Notes: generated by a model from the sequence alone, not told the origin. A stretch of DNA of 64,000 nucleotides from Clostridia bacterium (GCA_017411745.1 JAFQPM010000005.1:5145-69144), one strand, 5' to 3'. Shown: positions 17,388 through 27,616, numbered from the stretch's first letter. Translations and numbers: made by a program.

Positions 17388-19439
17388 ATGAAAAAGAGAT
17401 TGCTTTGTCTGTTTATGGGCTTGATCCTTGTGCTGTCTGTGTTCCTTACAGCTTGTTCGTCAGACGACGAAGGTGCTGATAAGAAGAACACTGGAGCGCA
17501 GACGATAACTATGTGCGTTATTACCGAGAGAAAGGTATGTAACACGGAAGCCGAGCTTGCCGAATATCTTGAAAAAGAGTGCGGCGGCAATAAGGACAGC
17601 GAAAAATATAAGGAAATGCTCAAGGTCGTTGAAAACTACGAGGCGGTTGAAGAGGCATTTACCAAAATAACCAAGGAATCTAAGATCAACGTAGACCTGC
17701 TCTTCTATACCGAGGAGGAATACGAAGAAAGACTTACTACTACTATCGCGGATGCTGCTGAATATGCGCAGGAGGCCGAGCGTGCCGCAAGAGCTTTGGA
17801 AAAGTACATAAGCGACTACCAGGCTGCTTATCCCGAGGAAAAGTATCCCGTTTCGGCTTTAACAAAATCCTTCTACTATCATTTCCCCGAGTTCGAAAAG
17901 TATAAGGATTATATCGCTCAGTCCGCTATGGAGGACGAGGAGGAATCGGGCGAAGAGAACGTCGAAGATATATATCAGGCAGGCGATCTTGGTGTAAAGG
18001 AGCTCGTATATCCCGAAACTCAGGAAAATCAGCTTGACATCATATACGTTTCCGGATTGGATATGTACAGAGAATATATTGAGAACGATTGGCTTATGGC
18101 TCTTGACTCCTATATCTCTTCCAGCGGAAAGAAGCTTAACGACTATATCGCCGGCTCTTTGCTTAAGGGCGTTCAGTACTACGGAAGCACCTACGCTATT
18201 CCCAACAATGTACAGATCGGCGAATACAAGTATATGCTTGTCGACAAGGATCTTTTCGATGAATGGCGTTACAACAGTGAGCAGGTTAGCACCGTTCTTG
18301 ATCTCAATCATTTCTTTGAAGATATATCTAATTCCAATCCCGAGATACTTCCTATTGACGCTACGTTTGATGAGTGTATCGGTCAGTTCGTATGGTATTG
18401 GAACATCGATTGGGTAGAAGACGAGTTTGGCGACAATATTTATTCGATCGGCGACGGCAACAAATTCTCGTTGCTTGGCGCACTTTACGGCGACGCGGCT
18501 ACCGCCTCCCGTGGACAGATCTCTCTTGGATTCAACTCGTTGTTTACCAGCCCCGAATACCGTGATATCTATCTTAAGCTCAAGGAATACGAGTATAACG
18601 GATATTACGCTACCGAGGGCGATACGAGAACTAATGCGGCGGTTTCTTTCGTAGACGGTGACTACACTATCAAGGCTTCTATGGAAGAAAATGACGGTGT
18701 TTATACCGATGAAAACGGCAAGGAATATTACGCATACGTTGTAAAGTATCCTGAGGTTGACGAGACATCGCTTTACGGAAATATGTTTGGAGTTTTTGCA
18801 AACTCCTCTAACGTGAGCGCTTGCGTGAGCGTATTGACGATGCTTAACACCGATTCTAAACTCCGTAACATTCTTCAGTACGGTGTTGAGGGCGTTGACT
18901 ATACTATTGACGAGGAAACCGGAGTTCTCACCAGATCTGCAGAAACTCTCTACAAGATGGATATCGAGAAGACGGGTAACTGCTTTATAGCTCATCCTGA
19001 GGAGGGACTTCCTGCGGATTATTGGGAAAACGCCAAGAATCAGAACAACGATGCGCTTATCAATCCGTTGCTCGGATTTGATTTTAATAGCATTTTCGAA
19101 GAATATGATAATGATCTTGACTATAATCTTTGGTCTTACCTGATGCAGTATACTGCACAGATCTCCGCAGAGATCGACGCTTGTGAGGATATAGATGAGC
19201 TTACGAAGCTTGTAGCTGACGAAAAATCCGGTCTGTGCGTCACTTTGGCAGGTAACCCCTCGATCACCGTTGAATATGAGGGTCAGATCTATACCGACTT
19301 CGTATTGCAGCTGTCAAAGCTTACTAACAAAAATTACGATGCTGCGACCGAGGAAGAGGATAGATACGCAGGCGAATCGCCTTACGCTGTATACTATACA
19401 TGGATGCAAACGTACGGTTACGTTCCTGCGGGAGAATAA
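17388..19439 (+). CDS. Large lipoprotein, extracellular solute-binding-protein-like (LplA-type sugar SBP), with no adjacent permease
   Basis: Lipobox VFLTAC. 683 aa. Segments resembling SBP family 1 (DIIYVSGLDMYREYIENDWLMALDSY..., GSTYAIPNN). Confidence 0.65.
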   Translation: MKKRLLCLFMGLILVLSVFLTACSSDDEGADKKNTGAQTITMCVITERKVCNTEAELAEYLEKECGGNKDSEKYKEMLKVVENYEAVEEAFTKITKESKINVDLLFYTEEEYEERLTTTIADAAEYAQEAERAARALEKYISDYQAAYPEEKYPVSALTKSFYYHFPEFEKYKDYIAQSAMEDEEESGEENVEDIYQAGDLGVKELVYPETQENQLDIIYVSGLDMYREYIENDWLMALDSYISSSGKKLNDYIAGSLLKGVQYYGSTYAIPNNVQIGEYKYMLVDKDLFDEWRYNSEQVSTVLDLNHFFEDISNSNPEILPIDATFDECIGQFVWYWNIDWVEDEFGDNIYSIGDGNKFSLLGALYGDAATASRGQISLGFNSLFTSPEYRDIYLKLKEYEYNGYYATEGDTRTNAAVSFVDGDYTIKASMEENDGVYTDENGKEYYAYVVKYPEVDETSLYGNMFGVFANSSNVSACVSVLTMLNTDSKLRNILQYGVEGVDYTIDEETGVLTRSAETLYKMDIEKTGNCFIAHPEEGLPADYWENAKNQNNDALINPLLGFDFNSIFEEYDNDLDYNLWSYLMQYTAQISAEIDACEDIDELTKLVADEKSGLCVTLAGNPSITVEYEGQIYTDFVLQLSKLTNKNYDAATEEEDRYAGESPYAVYYTWMQTYGYVPAGE

Positions 19440-19461
19440 TTTGATTTAAGTTTATTGTAGA

Positions 19462-19488
19462 AAGCCTCCGTCTTGGACGGAGGCTTTT
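19462..19488 (+). terminator. Rho-independent terminator
   Basis: aagcctccgtc / gacggaggctt hairpin followed by ttt. Confidence 0.85.
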
Positions 19489-19564
19489 GATACCTGAATT
19501 TTAATCCAATAATTTCAGCTTGCTATATTGCTGTAGGCTGAAATCTGTTGACGTGGAGGATGCT

Positions 19565-20200
19565 TTGAAATATACTCATCTATTTTGGGATTTTAACGGC
19601 ACTATCTTTTCGGATATGCAGGCGGGAATAGACAGCGTGAACTGTATGCTTGAAGATCGAGGACTACCGATCATAGCCGATATGGAGGCGTACAGAGAGA
19701 TATTTGATTTTCCAATAAAAGAATATTACCGAGCGCTTGGCTTTGACTTTGACAAGGAGCCTTACGAGGTGTTGGCTCCGATCTGGGTCGATCTTTATTT
19801 GAAAAATTGCTGCACTGCGGGAATCGTCGACGGAGTCGACGAGGTCGTAAAGGCAGTTGCCAAGACAGATATCAAGCAGGTGATACTTTCTGCTTGCGAG
19901 AAAAAAATGCTTTGCGATCAGCTCTCCGAGCTTGGAATTATTGAATATTTTGACGAGATCATCGGTCTTGACGATATTCACGCGGCGAGCAAGCTTCATT
20001 TGGCTCAGGCGTGGAGAGAGAAGAACCCCAAGGCGAAGATATTGTTCGTGGGTGACACGATCCACGATGCCGAGACCGCGGAGGTGCTCGGCGCGAATTG
20101 CTTGCTTTTCACGGGCGGTCACCAGTCGAAGGCAAGGCTTTTGACTACGGGCTGTCAGACGATAGACGGTATCGTTGAGATCCTCGATCATCTTGAATAA
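19565..20200 (+). CDS. HAD-superfamily hydrolase (phosphoglycolate phosphatase-like)
   Basis: Motif I FWDFNGT; motif IV FVGDTIHD. A TTG at 19565 with GGAGGA 4 nt upstream is the likely start; the track ORF begins at 19520. Confidence 0.78.
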   Translation: MKYTHLFWDFNGTIFSDMQAGIDSVNCMLEDRGLPIIADMEAYREIFDFPIKEYYRALGFDFDKEPYEVLAPIWVDLYLKNCCTAGIVDGVDEVVKAVAKTDIKQVILSACEKKMLCDQLSELGIIEYFDEIIGLDDIHAASKLHLAQAWREKNPKAKILFVGDTIHDAETAEVLGANCLLFTGGHQSKARLLTTGCQTIDGIVEILDHLE

Positions 20201-20210
20201 TTGAATAAAG

Positions 20211-20243
20211 ATCCCACCCGTTTCGGTTAACGACGGGTGGGAT
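20211..20243. terminator. Bidirectional terminator between convergent genes
   Basis: atcccacccg (20211-20220) pairs with cgggtgggat (20234-20243). Confidence 0.8.
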
Positions 20244-20251
20244 TTGTGCAA

Positions 20252-22354
20252 TTATTCAGTTATTATTAAGGTCTCATAGCCGCCGAGGGTGAACTCATAG
20301 CGCGTGCCCGATTTGTCAGGGTAAGAAGCAAACGGTTTGTTCGTATCCTCAAGAGGAGAATAAAGTTTTGCATTGCCCGTTTCGCGCAGAGCACAGTTGA
20401 TATGCTTTTCTTCGTTTGTCGAATTTACGAACATATAGCGATTCTTGCCGCCGATCTTTTTACACAGGCAGGCAACTCCCTCGTGAAGCGTATCGAGGTC
20501 TACGGCGAAGCCTTCTTCATAACGGTCAAATGAGGTAACGAGCGCCGATGCAGTTGAGAATTTTTTGCCAAAGCCTGCACTTCCGAGGTCGGAGAAGCAG
20601 GAGTCTCTCATAATACATATTTTGACGCCTTTGGATTCAAGATGCGCGAATACACCACTCATTTCGGGAGTCAGCTCCATTGGAGGCAGAACGAGATATT
20701 TATATATCTGTCCTTGCTTGCCGAGTAGCTTCCCGTCGCGGACGGGCAGATTTTTGATGACCTCAAAATCGGCAAAGTCGAAATCCACCTGAGCGTCGCA
20801 GAGCTCGTACATTATACTGTAAAGACCGTCGCGGCAGGCGTTTTCCTCGTCCGTGAAGCTCAAAAAGCTATTTTCGTCTGGCGTGATATGGTTCATCATA
20901 AAGGTCTCGATGGGGTAGCAGAGCAGGACGTCTGCCTGGGGCGATCCACCTGCCATTATGTCTCCGAATTTTCCTATTGCGCGGTTGTACTTTTCGTAAT
21001 TTTCTCTATCAAAGAGCGTTTCGGGATAGTAAGACGTGAATATATCAACACCGAATGCGTATTGGAGCGCAAGTGATGCATACATCTGATCGATCGTCAC
21101 GTTGTTTCCTTGCGCGTGCGCCGAGACCTCGCTCATAACGTGGGGACGGTCGTATGCGTGAGCGATCGAGGAGACCAGCTTGGGAGTAAACATATCTCTG
21201 CGAACCAGCTCGGGCAGGGAATGGAGCATATCTATGCCCGGGATATGCATATGGCGAAGGAAAGAGAACATATTGCCCTCGAATATTACGTGGTGGCGGA
21301 TATCGTCTTCGAGAAGCACGTGCCCGCCGAATCTTGTACCTACGGTAGCGCAATAATTGGATATCTGTGCGTAAAAGCTTTCTTCAAAGAGCTTTGATGT
21401 GGTCCGATGGAAGAAATAGCGCACTTCTTTTGCGTGGTTGCTATTTCCGCAGAAAAGATATATGAGATTTTTTCTGAAGCTTAATCCCGAAAGCGCCTCA
21501 AAGGTGTTTTCGACGTCTCTGCCGAAGTTTACGATGGGATAAAGCGGGATCGTGTCGTCGTAGGGGTCGCGTGTGCGAGGGGGATAGAGTCCTGCGTTGA
21601 TATAGCAACCCATAAGCGAGGGCTCGTCGGTAAAATACGCTTCGATTAGTCCCGTGCCGTTCGTATAATGCTCGCCGACGTGGGCGGTGTATTTTTCATA
21701 GGTGTTTTTGATGAACTCGCGCACCGCGTCCTTGTTCATAAGGTCGATGTAACGCTGAGCCATAAAGACGTTATGCTCGGCGTGTGAGCCCTCGTAAAGA
21801 TACTTGTCCGCAAAGGCGCAGATAACGAGAGGCTGAGACGTGGTGTTGGTGAAGCTTACGCTATCCTCATTATTGCAGATAATTTCTTCGAGAGGCGCAA
21901 TGGGATTTATTTTGCCGCTTTTCGTTTTGGGATATGTTGCCGCGTATAGAAAACGCAGGTGCCCGTGGGGAAGGTCGATGGTTTTGGTCTCTCCGACTGC
22001 CAACTCCTCGGTGATCTTTGCAACTGCGCGGCACTCGTATTCGGGATGAGCCGCTAACGTTTGTCCGCTTGCGCCACCGCTTGGATAACCGTGCTCGTCG
22101 TATATCCAAGCTCGCATACCGAGACGGTCCGCCTCGTCGAGTGCATATTTGAGCAGAGCCCAGTCCTCTTCGTTGTTCAGGTAGTCGCTACCCCAATGCA
22201 CGTTGGTGACTACACCGCCGTATCCGAGCGACGAGAGATTTCTAAGCCCTTGGGTGATGTCGGCGCATTTCTCCTCAAACGTCGAATCCCCGGGTCTTTT
22301 TATTTCGTGAACTATCTTCAAAGGGAGGTGGTTTTTGACTACGATATCCTTCAT
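20252..22354 (-). CDS. Putative intracellular glycoside hydrolase-like protein (family not assigned)
   Basis: 700 aa with no signal peptide. The N-terminal block GYGGVVTNVHWGSDYL...RAWIYDEHGYPSGGASG resembles uncharacterised TIM-barrel GH-like proteins. Weak assignment. Confidence 0.5.
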   Translation of the reverse strand: MKDIVVKNHLPLKIVHEIKRPGDSTFEEKCADITQGLRNLSSLGYGGVVTNVHWGSDYLNNEEDWALLKYALDEADRLGMRAWIYDEHGYPSGGASGQTLAAHPEYECRAVAKITEELAVGETKTIDLPHGHLRFLYAATYPKTKSGKINPIAPLEEIICNNEDSVSFTNTTSQPLVICAFADKYLYEGSHAEHNVFMAQRYIDLMNKDAVREFIKNTYEKYTAHVGEHYTNGTGLIEAYFTDEPSLMGCYINAGLYPPRTRDPYDDTIPLYPIVNFGRDVENTFEALSGLSFRKNLIYLFCGNSNHAKEVRYFFHRTTSKLFEESFYAQISNYCATVGTRFGGHVLLEDDIRHHVIFEGNMFSFLRHMHIPGIDMLHSLPELVRRDMFTPKLVSSIAHAYDRPHVMSEVSAHAQGNNVTIDQMYASLALQYAFGVDIFTSYYPETLFDRENYEKYNRAIGKFGDIMAGGSPQADVLLCYPIETFMMNHITPDENSFLSFTDEENACRDGLYSIMYELCDAQVDFDFADFEVIKNLPVRDGKLLGKQGQIYKYLVLPPMELTPEMSGVFAHLESKGVKICIMRDSCFSDLGSAGFGKKFSTASALVTSFDRYEEGFAVDLDTLHEGVACLCKKIGGKNRYMFVNSTNEEKHINCALRETGNAKLYSPLEDTNKPFASYPDKSGTRYEFTLGGYETLIITE

Positions 22355-22389
22355 AATAATCTCCGTTCTGCCGCCGACTGCGGCATAAT

Positions 22390-22599
22390 TTATTCTTGCT
22401 CGGTGTACTTGGAAAGATCTATTGCGGAGAGCTTTGCCGCGTCTATCTTGCCCTTTGTGCGCTCAAAATACTGGATATTGTTACGCAGCATAAAGATGAA
22501 CTGATTGTTGGGCGTTCTGCCTTCAGCCTCGGAGATGTAGATGAGCTTGCGGATAAGCTCGTCGGAGAGGCGCACCTTGATCTCGTTTTGATTTTTCAT
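22390..22599 (-). CDS. Arc/ribbon-helix-helix family DNA-binding protein
   Basis: 69 aa. The N-terminal beta-strand motif IKVRLSDELIRKLIYISEAEGRTPNNQ is typical of Arc/CopG RHH proteins. Confidence 0.65.
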   Translation of the reverse strand: MKNQNEIKVRLSDELIRKLIYISEAEGRTPNNQFIFMLRNNIQYFERTKGKIDAAKLSAIDLSKYTEQE

Positions 22600-22600
22600 T

Positions 22601-23176
22601 TTAATTTCCTTTCGCTTGATTGTTTGTGCGTTTCGCAGATGCTCTGAATGCGCCCGCGTTGTATTTTTTTAGAAGCTCGACGGCACGCTCGGGAGCGTCG
22701 AAATATACGATGCCTCTGCCTTCTTCGTCTTCATACAGCGCGTAGTAGACGTCGGGCGCTGACAGCGATGAGATGCAGATGTGGTTTTTTTGCAAAGAGA
22801 GCTTGCTGATCTCCTCATAAGCCTTGTCATCGTATTCTCCTATTTCGGAGAACGAGGAGACGGGGGAGGAGAATATCATTTTCCGTGAGCCTTTGCCGTA
22901 AAGCCTTGTGATAACGATATCGCCGTTTGCAATAAGTATCTCGTACTCAATGCACAGAAACCGCCACGTTATAAATATCAGAAGCGCGGTCAGGCAACAT
23001 ATAAGGATAAAAGCAGGGATAAAGAGGGATGGGATAAGCGCCAGAACAAATGCGGTAAGAACAAAGAAAAACACCGCGTACCCGATGATCGTTGCTATCC
23101 TTTTGAACAGCAGGTCACCCTCTGCTTTCTTTTTGATTATGTATTCGTATGAATTTTCAAACATTTGACTCTCCAA
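22601..23176 (-). CDS. Hypothetical 2-TM membrane protein
   Basis: Two adjacent TM helices (IIGYAVFFFVLTAFVLALIP / FIPAFILICCLTALLIFITW). Its stop lies 1 nt before the Arc-like start. Confidence 0.6.
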   Translation of the reverse strand: MESQMFENSYEYIIKKKAEGDLLFKRIATIIGYAVFFFVLTAFVLALIPSLFIPAFILICCLTALLIFITWRFLCIEYEILIANGDIVITRLYGKGSRKMIFSSPVSSFSEIGEYDDKAYEEISKLSLQKNHICISSLSAPDVYYALYEDEEGRGIVYFDAPERAVELLKKYNAGAFRASAKRTNNQAKGN

Positions 23177-23272
23177 AGCTATTTGTTATCTTCAGTATAG
23201 CATAATTTTTGATTTTTTTCAATTAATTTTAAAAAATACGGGCAAAAATATTGAATTGGATATATTTTTTTG

Positions 23273-23301
23273 TTGAATTATTCATAAATGTGTAGTATAA
23301 T
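23273..23301 (+). promoter_or_regulatory. sigma-A promoter (TTGAAT-17-TATAAT)
   Basis: Read directly, 35 nt upstream of the ACT-domain gene. Confidence 0.6.
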
Positions 23302-23336
23302 TAGAGTAGGATAATATTTCGTACGGAGGTTACGTA

Positions 23337-23606
23337 ATGAAAGCAGTTATAACGGTTACGGGAAAAGACTCGGTTGGAATCATTGCAAAGCTCGCTTCCG
23401 AGTGTGCAAAATACGATGCTAATATCGTTGATATTTCCCAAAGCGTTCTTTCCGAATACTTTGCCATGATAATGCTTGCCGATATAGACAAGCTTTCCAT
23501 TCCTTTTTCTGAATTCGTGGATATTCTCTCGAATACCGGAAGCGAGAAGGGTCTCGCCGTTCAAGTTATGCACGAGGATATTTTCAACAGCATGCATCAT
23601 ATCTGA
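23337..23606 (+). CDS. ACT domain protein, UPF0237 family
   Basis: [38 protein letters not shown]. It has the typical partner gene of UPF0210 immediately downstream. Confidence 0.88.
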   Translation: MKAVITVTGKDSVGIIAKLASECAKYDANIVDISQSVLSEYFAMIMLADIDKLSIPFSEFVDILSNTGSEKGLAVQVMHEDIFNSMHHI

Positions 23607-23617
23607 TCGGAGCGACT

Positions 23618-24976
23618 ATGGTTAACGTTAAAGACATTCTCGAAACTATAAATATGATCCGCGAAGAAAATCTGGACATCCGAACAATCACCATGGGCGT
23701 CTCTCTCTACGACTGTGTGAGCGAGGATGAAGACAGACTTTGCGAAAAAATATACGATAAGATAACAAAGAGTGCTGAAAACCTTGTTGCGACGGGTCAG
23801 AATATCGAGAAAAAATACGGTATTCCGATAGTCAACAAACGAGTTTCGGTCACCCCGATCTCGCTCATCGGTGGTGCTTGCTCTCCCGAGGGATATTTCA
23901 AGATCGCCAAGACGCTTGACAGGGCGGCAAAGACGCTCGGCATCAACTTTATCGGTGGATTTTCTGCTCTCGTTCAAAAGGGTATGACTAGGGGCGCTGA
24001 AAATATGATATCGATCATTCCCGAGGCGCTTGCCGAGACCGATTTCGTTTGCTCGTCGGTAAACGTTGCTTCAACCAAGGCGGGAATCAATATGGATGCC
24101 ATCAAGCTGATGGGAAGCGCTGTCAAAAGGGCGGCTTTTCTCACCAAAGACAGAGATTCTATCGGTTGTGCGAAGCTCGTGGTGTTTGCTAACGTGCCCG
24201 AGGATAATCCCTTTATGGCAGGTGCATTCCACGGAATCGGAGAGCCTGAAAACGTTATAAACGTCGGCGTTTCGGGCCCGGGTGTCGTAAGCTCTGCTAT
24301 TGCGCGCGCGGGCGACTGCGATCTCAGCGAGCTTGCCGATATTATAAAGAAGACTGCGTTCAAGATCACCCGTGTGGGTCAGCTCGTTGCAGGTGAGGCG
24401 GCAAAGGCTTTGAACGTTCCATTTGGAATAGTGGACCTTTCGTTAGCCCCCACCCCTGCGGTTGGAGATTCGGTCGCCCACATACTTGAAAATATGGGAC
24501 TTGAGTCCTGCGGTGCTCACGGCACGACCGCTACGCTCGCGATGCTTAACGACGCGGTCAAGAAGGGCGGCGTTATGGCTTCGAGCCATGTTGGAGGCCT
24601 TTCGGGTGCGTTTATTCCCGTTTCCGAGGATGCGGGCATGATTGCAGCGGTCGAGAGAGGCGCGTTGACCCTTGAAAAGCTCGAGGCAATGACGGCAGTT
24701 TGCTCGGTGGGTCTTGATATGATAGCTATTCCCGGTGACGTCGACGAGTCGATCATCTGCGGAATTATAGCCGACGAGATATCTATCGGTGTTGTCAACA
24801 CCAAGACTACGGCGGTACGTGTTATCCCTGCGTATAATAAAGGAGTCGGTGACTATATTGACTATGGAGGACTGCTTGGAAAGGCGCCCATTATGGAGGT
24901 CAACAGATATTCTCCCGCGAGATTTATTGACCGCGGCGGACGTATACCTGCACCTATACATAGTCTCAAAAACTAA
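23618..24976 (+). CDS. PFL-like UPF0210 (DUF711) family protein
   Basis: 452 aa. N-terminus [24 protein letters not shown] is characteristic of UPF0210. Confidence 0.9.
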   Translation: MVNVKDILETINMIREENLDIRTITMGVSLYDCVSEDEDRLCEKIYDKITKSAENLVATGQNIEKKYGIPIVNKRVSVTPISLIGGACSPEGYFKIAKTLDRAAKTLGINFIGGFSALVQKGMTRGAENMISIIPEALAETDFVCSSVNVASTKAGINMDAIKLMGSAVKRAAFLTKDRDSIGCAKLVVFANVPEDNPFMAGAFHGIGEPENVINVGVSGPGVVSSAIARAGDCDLSELADIIKKTAFKITRVGQLVAGEAAKALNVPFGIVDLSLAPTPAVGDSVAHILENMGLESCGAHGTTATLAMLNDAVKKGGVMASSHVGGLSGAFIPVSEDAGMIAAVERGALTLEKLEAMTAVCSVGLDMIAIPGDVDESIICGIIADEISIGVVNTKTTAVRVIPAYNKGVGDYIDYGGLLGKAPIMEVNRYSPARFIDRGGRIPAPIHSLKN

Positions 24977-25020
24977 TAAACAAATGCGAGAGCATTAAAA
25001 TAAAAAAGGAGGAACAAAAA

Positions 25021-25311
25021 ATGTTAGACAATCATGATGTTCAGGAGCTCATCGTTGAGGAAAAGAAGAACCGCACACTTCTCTTCGTACTTATCGGAGT
25101 AGGTGTAGCTATCGTTGCGGCTATCGCAGCAGCAGCTATATATCTTTCTTCCAAGAACGAAGAGGGAGAGAGACGCGGCAAGGTTCTCGTTGAGAAGATC
25201 AAGAGCAAGCTTCCCGCGAAGAAGGCTGCAGAGGCTGAGGCTGAAGAGCTTTTTGAGGAAGAATGCGAGTGCGAGTGTGCATGCGAGATCGCAGCTGACG
25301 ATGCAGAATAA
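25021..25311 (+). CDS. Small single-pass membrane protein with an acidic Cys-alternating C-terminal tail
   Basis: 96 aa. TM LLFVLIGVGVAIVAAIAAAAIYL; C-terminus EELFEEECECECACEIAADDAE. AGGAGG RBS present. Confidence 0.6.
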   Translation: MLDNHDVQELIVEEKKNRTLLFVLIGVGVAIVAAIAAAAIYLSSKNEEGERRGKVLVEKIKSKLPAKKAAEAEAEELFEEECECECACEIAADDAE

Positions 25312-25328
25312 TTTTGACTTTTGAGATT

Positions 25329-25367
25329 AAGGGGAGCATCCTTTTGGACGCTCCCCCTTAATTTTTT
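25329..25367 (+). terminator. Rho-independent terminator
   Basis: aaggggagc / gctcccctt hairpin followed by aatttttt. Confidence 0.85.
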
Positions 25368-25438
25368 GCCGCTTGCTATTGACGGAAAAGTCAATACGGT
25401 GTATAATGTATATAATAATTTGTTTGCTTTGAGGTAGT

Positions 25439-26062
25439 ATGAAAAAATATAAAATACCGAAAAAGAACGTTGACCTGCGTTTTTATGCTGTGATAAGAAA
25501 TCTCAAACGTATATTTTTTTACGTTTTGATAGTGGTCGTTATGAACCTTGCTATGTTGTCGTATCTTGACAAAAGGGTCGCGGGCTTGCCGCCGATCAAA
25601 TGGTGGGTATATCTTATCTTTGAAACGGTCGTTATTGTGGGTGGTTGGATCGTGTGCAATATGTCGCTTTTCGTCACCGACAGATATGCTTCGGGACGGA
25701 TAAAGTCTATGAAGACCGTTCGAAGCTATGGAAGATTCTTATCCAGAAACGGAAAGATGGACGTTGGACCTTACAATTACTTGAAGGTAGCGCTTGTTTG
25801 TAAGCATGGTCGCAGAACAGTAAGGATACAGCTTTTTGAGGATGGATACGACGGCTATTATCGCGACGGGGGAACTCTGGTGAAATTCAGAGGACTGAAT
25901 TATCCCTTGTGTCTTGAATCCGAGGCTGACGGCGTTCATATCTGCTCTGTTTGCGGTGTCAGGTATGATGAGCAAGACCGAGCGGCCGATGCGTCGTTGA
26001 CTTGCTATACGTGTAGACATACGCTCATAGATGTTGATGAAATGATAGAGACTTCCAAATGA
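25439..26062 (+). CDS. Hypothetical 2-TM protein with C-terminal CxxC...CxxC zinc-ribbon-like motif
   Basis: TM helices at about residues 25-45 and 55-80. C-terminus CSVCGVRYDEQDRAADASLTCYTCRH. Confidence 0.55.
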   Translation: MKKYKIPKKNVDLRFYAVIRNLKRIFFYVLIVVVMNLAMLSYLDKRVAGLPPIKWWVYLIFETVVIVGGWIVCNMSLFVTDRYASGRIKSMKTVRSYGRFLSRNGKMDVGPYNYLKVALVCKHGRRTVRIQLFEDGYDGYYRDGGTLVKFRGLNYPLCLESEADGVHICSVCGVRYDEQDRAADASLTCYTCRHTLIDVDEMIETSK

Positions 26063-26303
26063 TTGGACTTCTCCGTGCTCGCATACATGGCAAGCGAAAA
26101 AACAAAAAGCCTCGTCGGCTCACCTGTTCGGTCAATAAATAAATTTTGGCATTAGCTCCTTCTTCAAAGAAGAAAAGAGGGAACTAATGCCTTTTTGTTG
26201 TTGTCTAAGCTTTGTGACGTCTTGAATAGTGCCTATAATAGCTTTATATTATACAAAGGATTGAAAAATCAACAAATGATTGATTTTGCATCTAGATCGA
26301 ATA

Positions 26304-27281
26304 TTATTTTAAGGCTTCTTTTAATATCTCGAGGTTTTGTTTCATTATTTCGATATAATCCGCGCCCGCCTTGATGTCGGCTCTTTTTATGGATTGCATA
26401 GAGTTGAGCGAAAGGATCTTACAGCCTGTCTGTGCTGCGATCGACTCGGCAAGGACCTTCCCATCGCCCTCAATGGTCAAAACATAGGCGAGGCTGTGCG
26501 TTCTGACACTGTCTATAAGTTGCGCCTGCGTTTCAAAGCTGGCGTTTACCTCGGTGGAGCAGCCGTCAAATGCCGCGCGGTAGGGAATGAGATAGTCGTG
26601 CATGAGATATACAAAGGGAAAACGATCTGCGAACACTACGAGCTTTTTGCTCGCCTCGGCGGCTGCCTGCGCGTATTCTGAATCGAGCTGATCAAGCTTT
26701 TGAATGTATTTTGCCGCATTTTCAGAATATACGTCTGAGCCGTCAGGATCCTTTTGCGAAAAAGCTTTTTTAATTTCAGACACTATGATTTTTGCGTTTT
26801 TCACGGAAGTCCATATGTGCTCGTCACCATTATGTTCGTGATCGCTGTTATTGTGTTCGTAATCGTGATCGTGCTCAAGCCAATCGTTTTCGAGCTCTGC
26901 GTGAATGAGTGAAACGTGGTCTATGAGGCAAAGTGTCAAGAGATCCTTGTTTTTTGCTGCCTTTATAGCGTTTTGTACCCATTTTTCATCGGACGATCCG
27001 CCCACGTAGATGAAAACGTCTGCGTTTGAGAGTGCGTCGATCGTTGCGCTGGTTGCAGTGTAATTGTGCGGATCGGCGCCACTGTCCTGAAGAATTGTGA
27101 CTGTTACGCGGTCGCCTCCTACTTCTCTTGCGAATTCAAATGGCGCAAAGGTCGTGCAGACCACACTCAGCTCGCCCTCTCCCTCGCTGTAAAGGGTGGC
27201 AGAAGAGCAGGCGGAGAGAGAAGTGGCAAGTGGAATCAATGCTAAAAGTAGCACTAATATATAAAAGGTAAGTTTTTTCAT
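26304..27281 (-). CDS. znuA: Metal (probably zinc) ABC-transporter substrate-binding lipoprotein, ZnuA/AdcA-like
   Basis: Lipobox LSAC. TroA-fold motifs (VVCTTFAPFEFAREVGGD, PHNY). His/Asp/Glu-rich loop EHDHDYEHNNSDHEHNGDEH. ATG 27281 preferred; TTG 27293 is an alternative. Confidence 0.82.
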   Translation of the reverse strand: MKKLTFYILVLLLALIPLATSLSACSSATLYSEGEGELSVVCTTFAPFEFAREVGGDRVTVTILQDSGADPHNYTATSATIDALSNADVFIYVGGSSDEKWVQNAIKAAKNKDLLTLCLIDHVSLIHAELENDWLEHDHDYEHNNSDHEHNGDEHIWTSVKNAKIIVSEIKKAFSQKDPDGSDVYSENAAKYIQKLDQLDSEYAQAAAEASKKLVVFADRFPFVYLMHDYLIPYRAAFDGCSTEVNASFETQAQLIDSVRTHSLAYVLTIEGDGKVLAESIAAQTGCKILSLNSMQSIKRADIKAGADYIEIMKQNLEILKEALK

Positions 27282-27616
27282 GCTTTTTGTCAAAAATCCT
27301 TTCTTTTATGTTGCTAATTGAGCGAAAATAGCAAATATAATCAAAAATACTTATTTTCATTAATGCTGTCTATTGTCGTTTGCTTACTGTGCTTTTGCGA
27401 TTTGGGGGGATGCCTTTTCGTTACGCTTGTTATTATAATATGGATTTTTTAATTAAAAAAGCGGGTTGTATGAATATAGTGTAAATTGAAACGCTAAGAT
27501 TTTAATATCCGAACAATCGGAAAATCAAAAAATACAAATAATGGAAATGAAGGAAAAAGCAAGGGGATATTGCACAAATTGGCACGCTTAAACTGGCAAA
27601 TATTTTGCAAAAGCTA

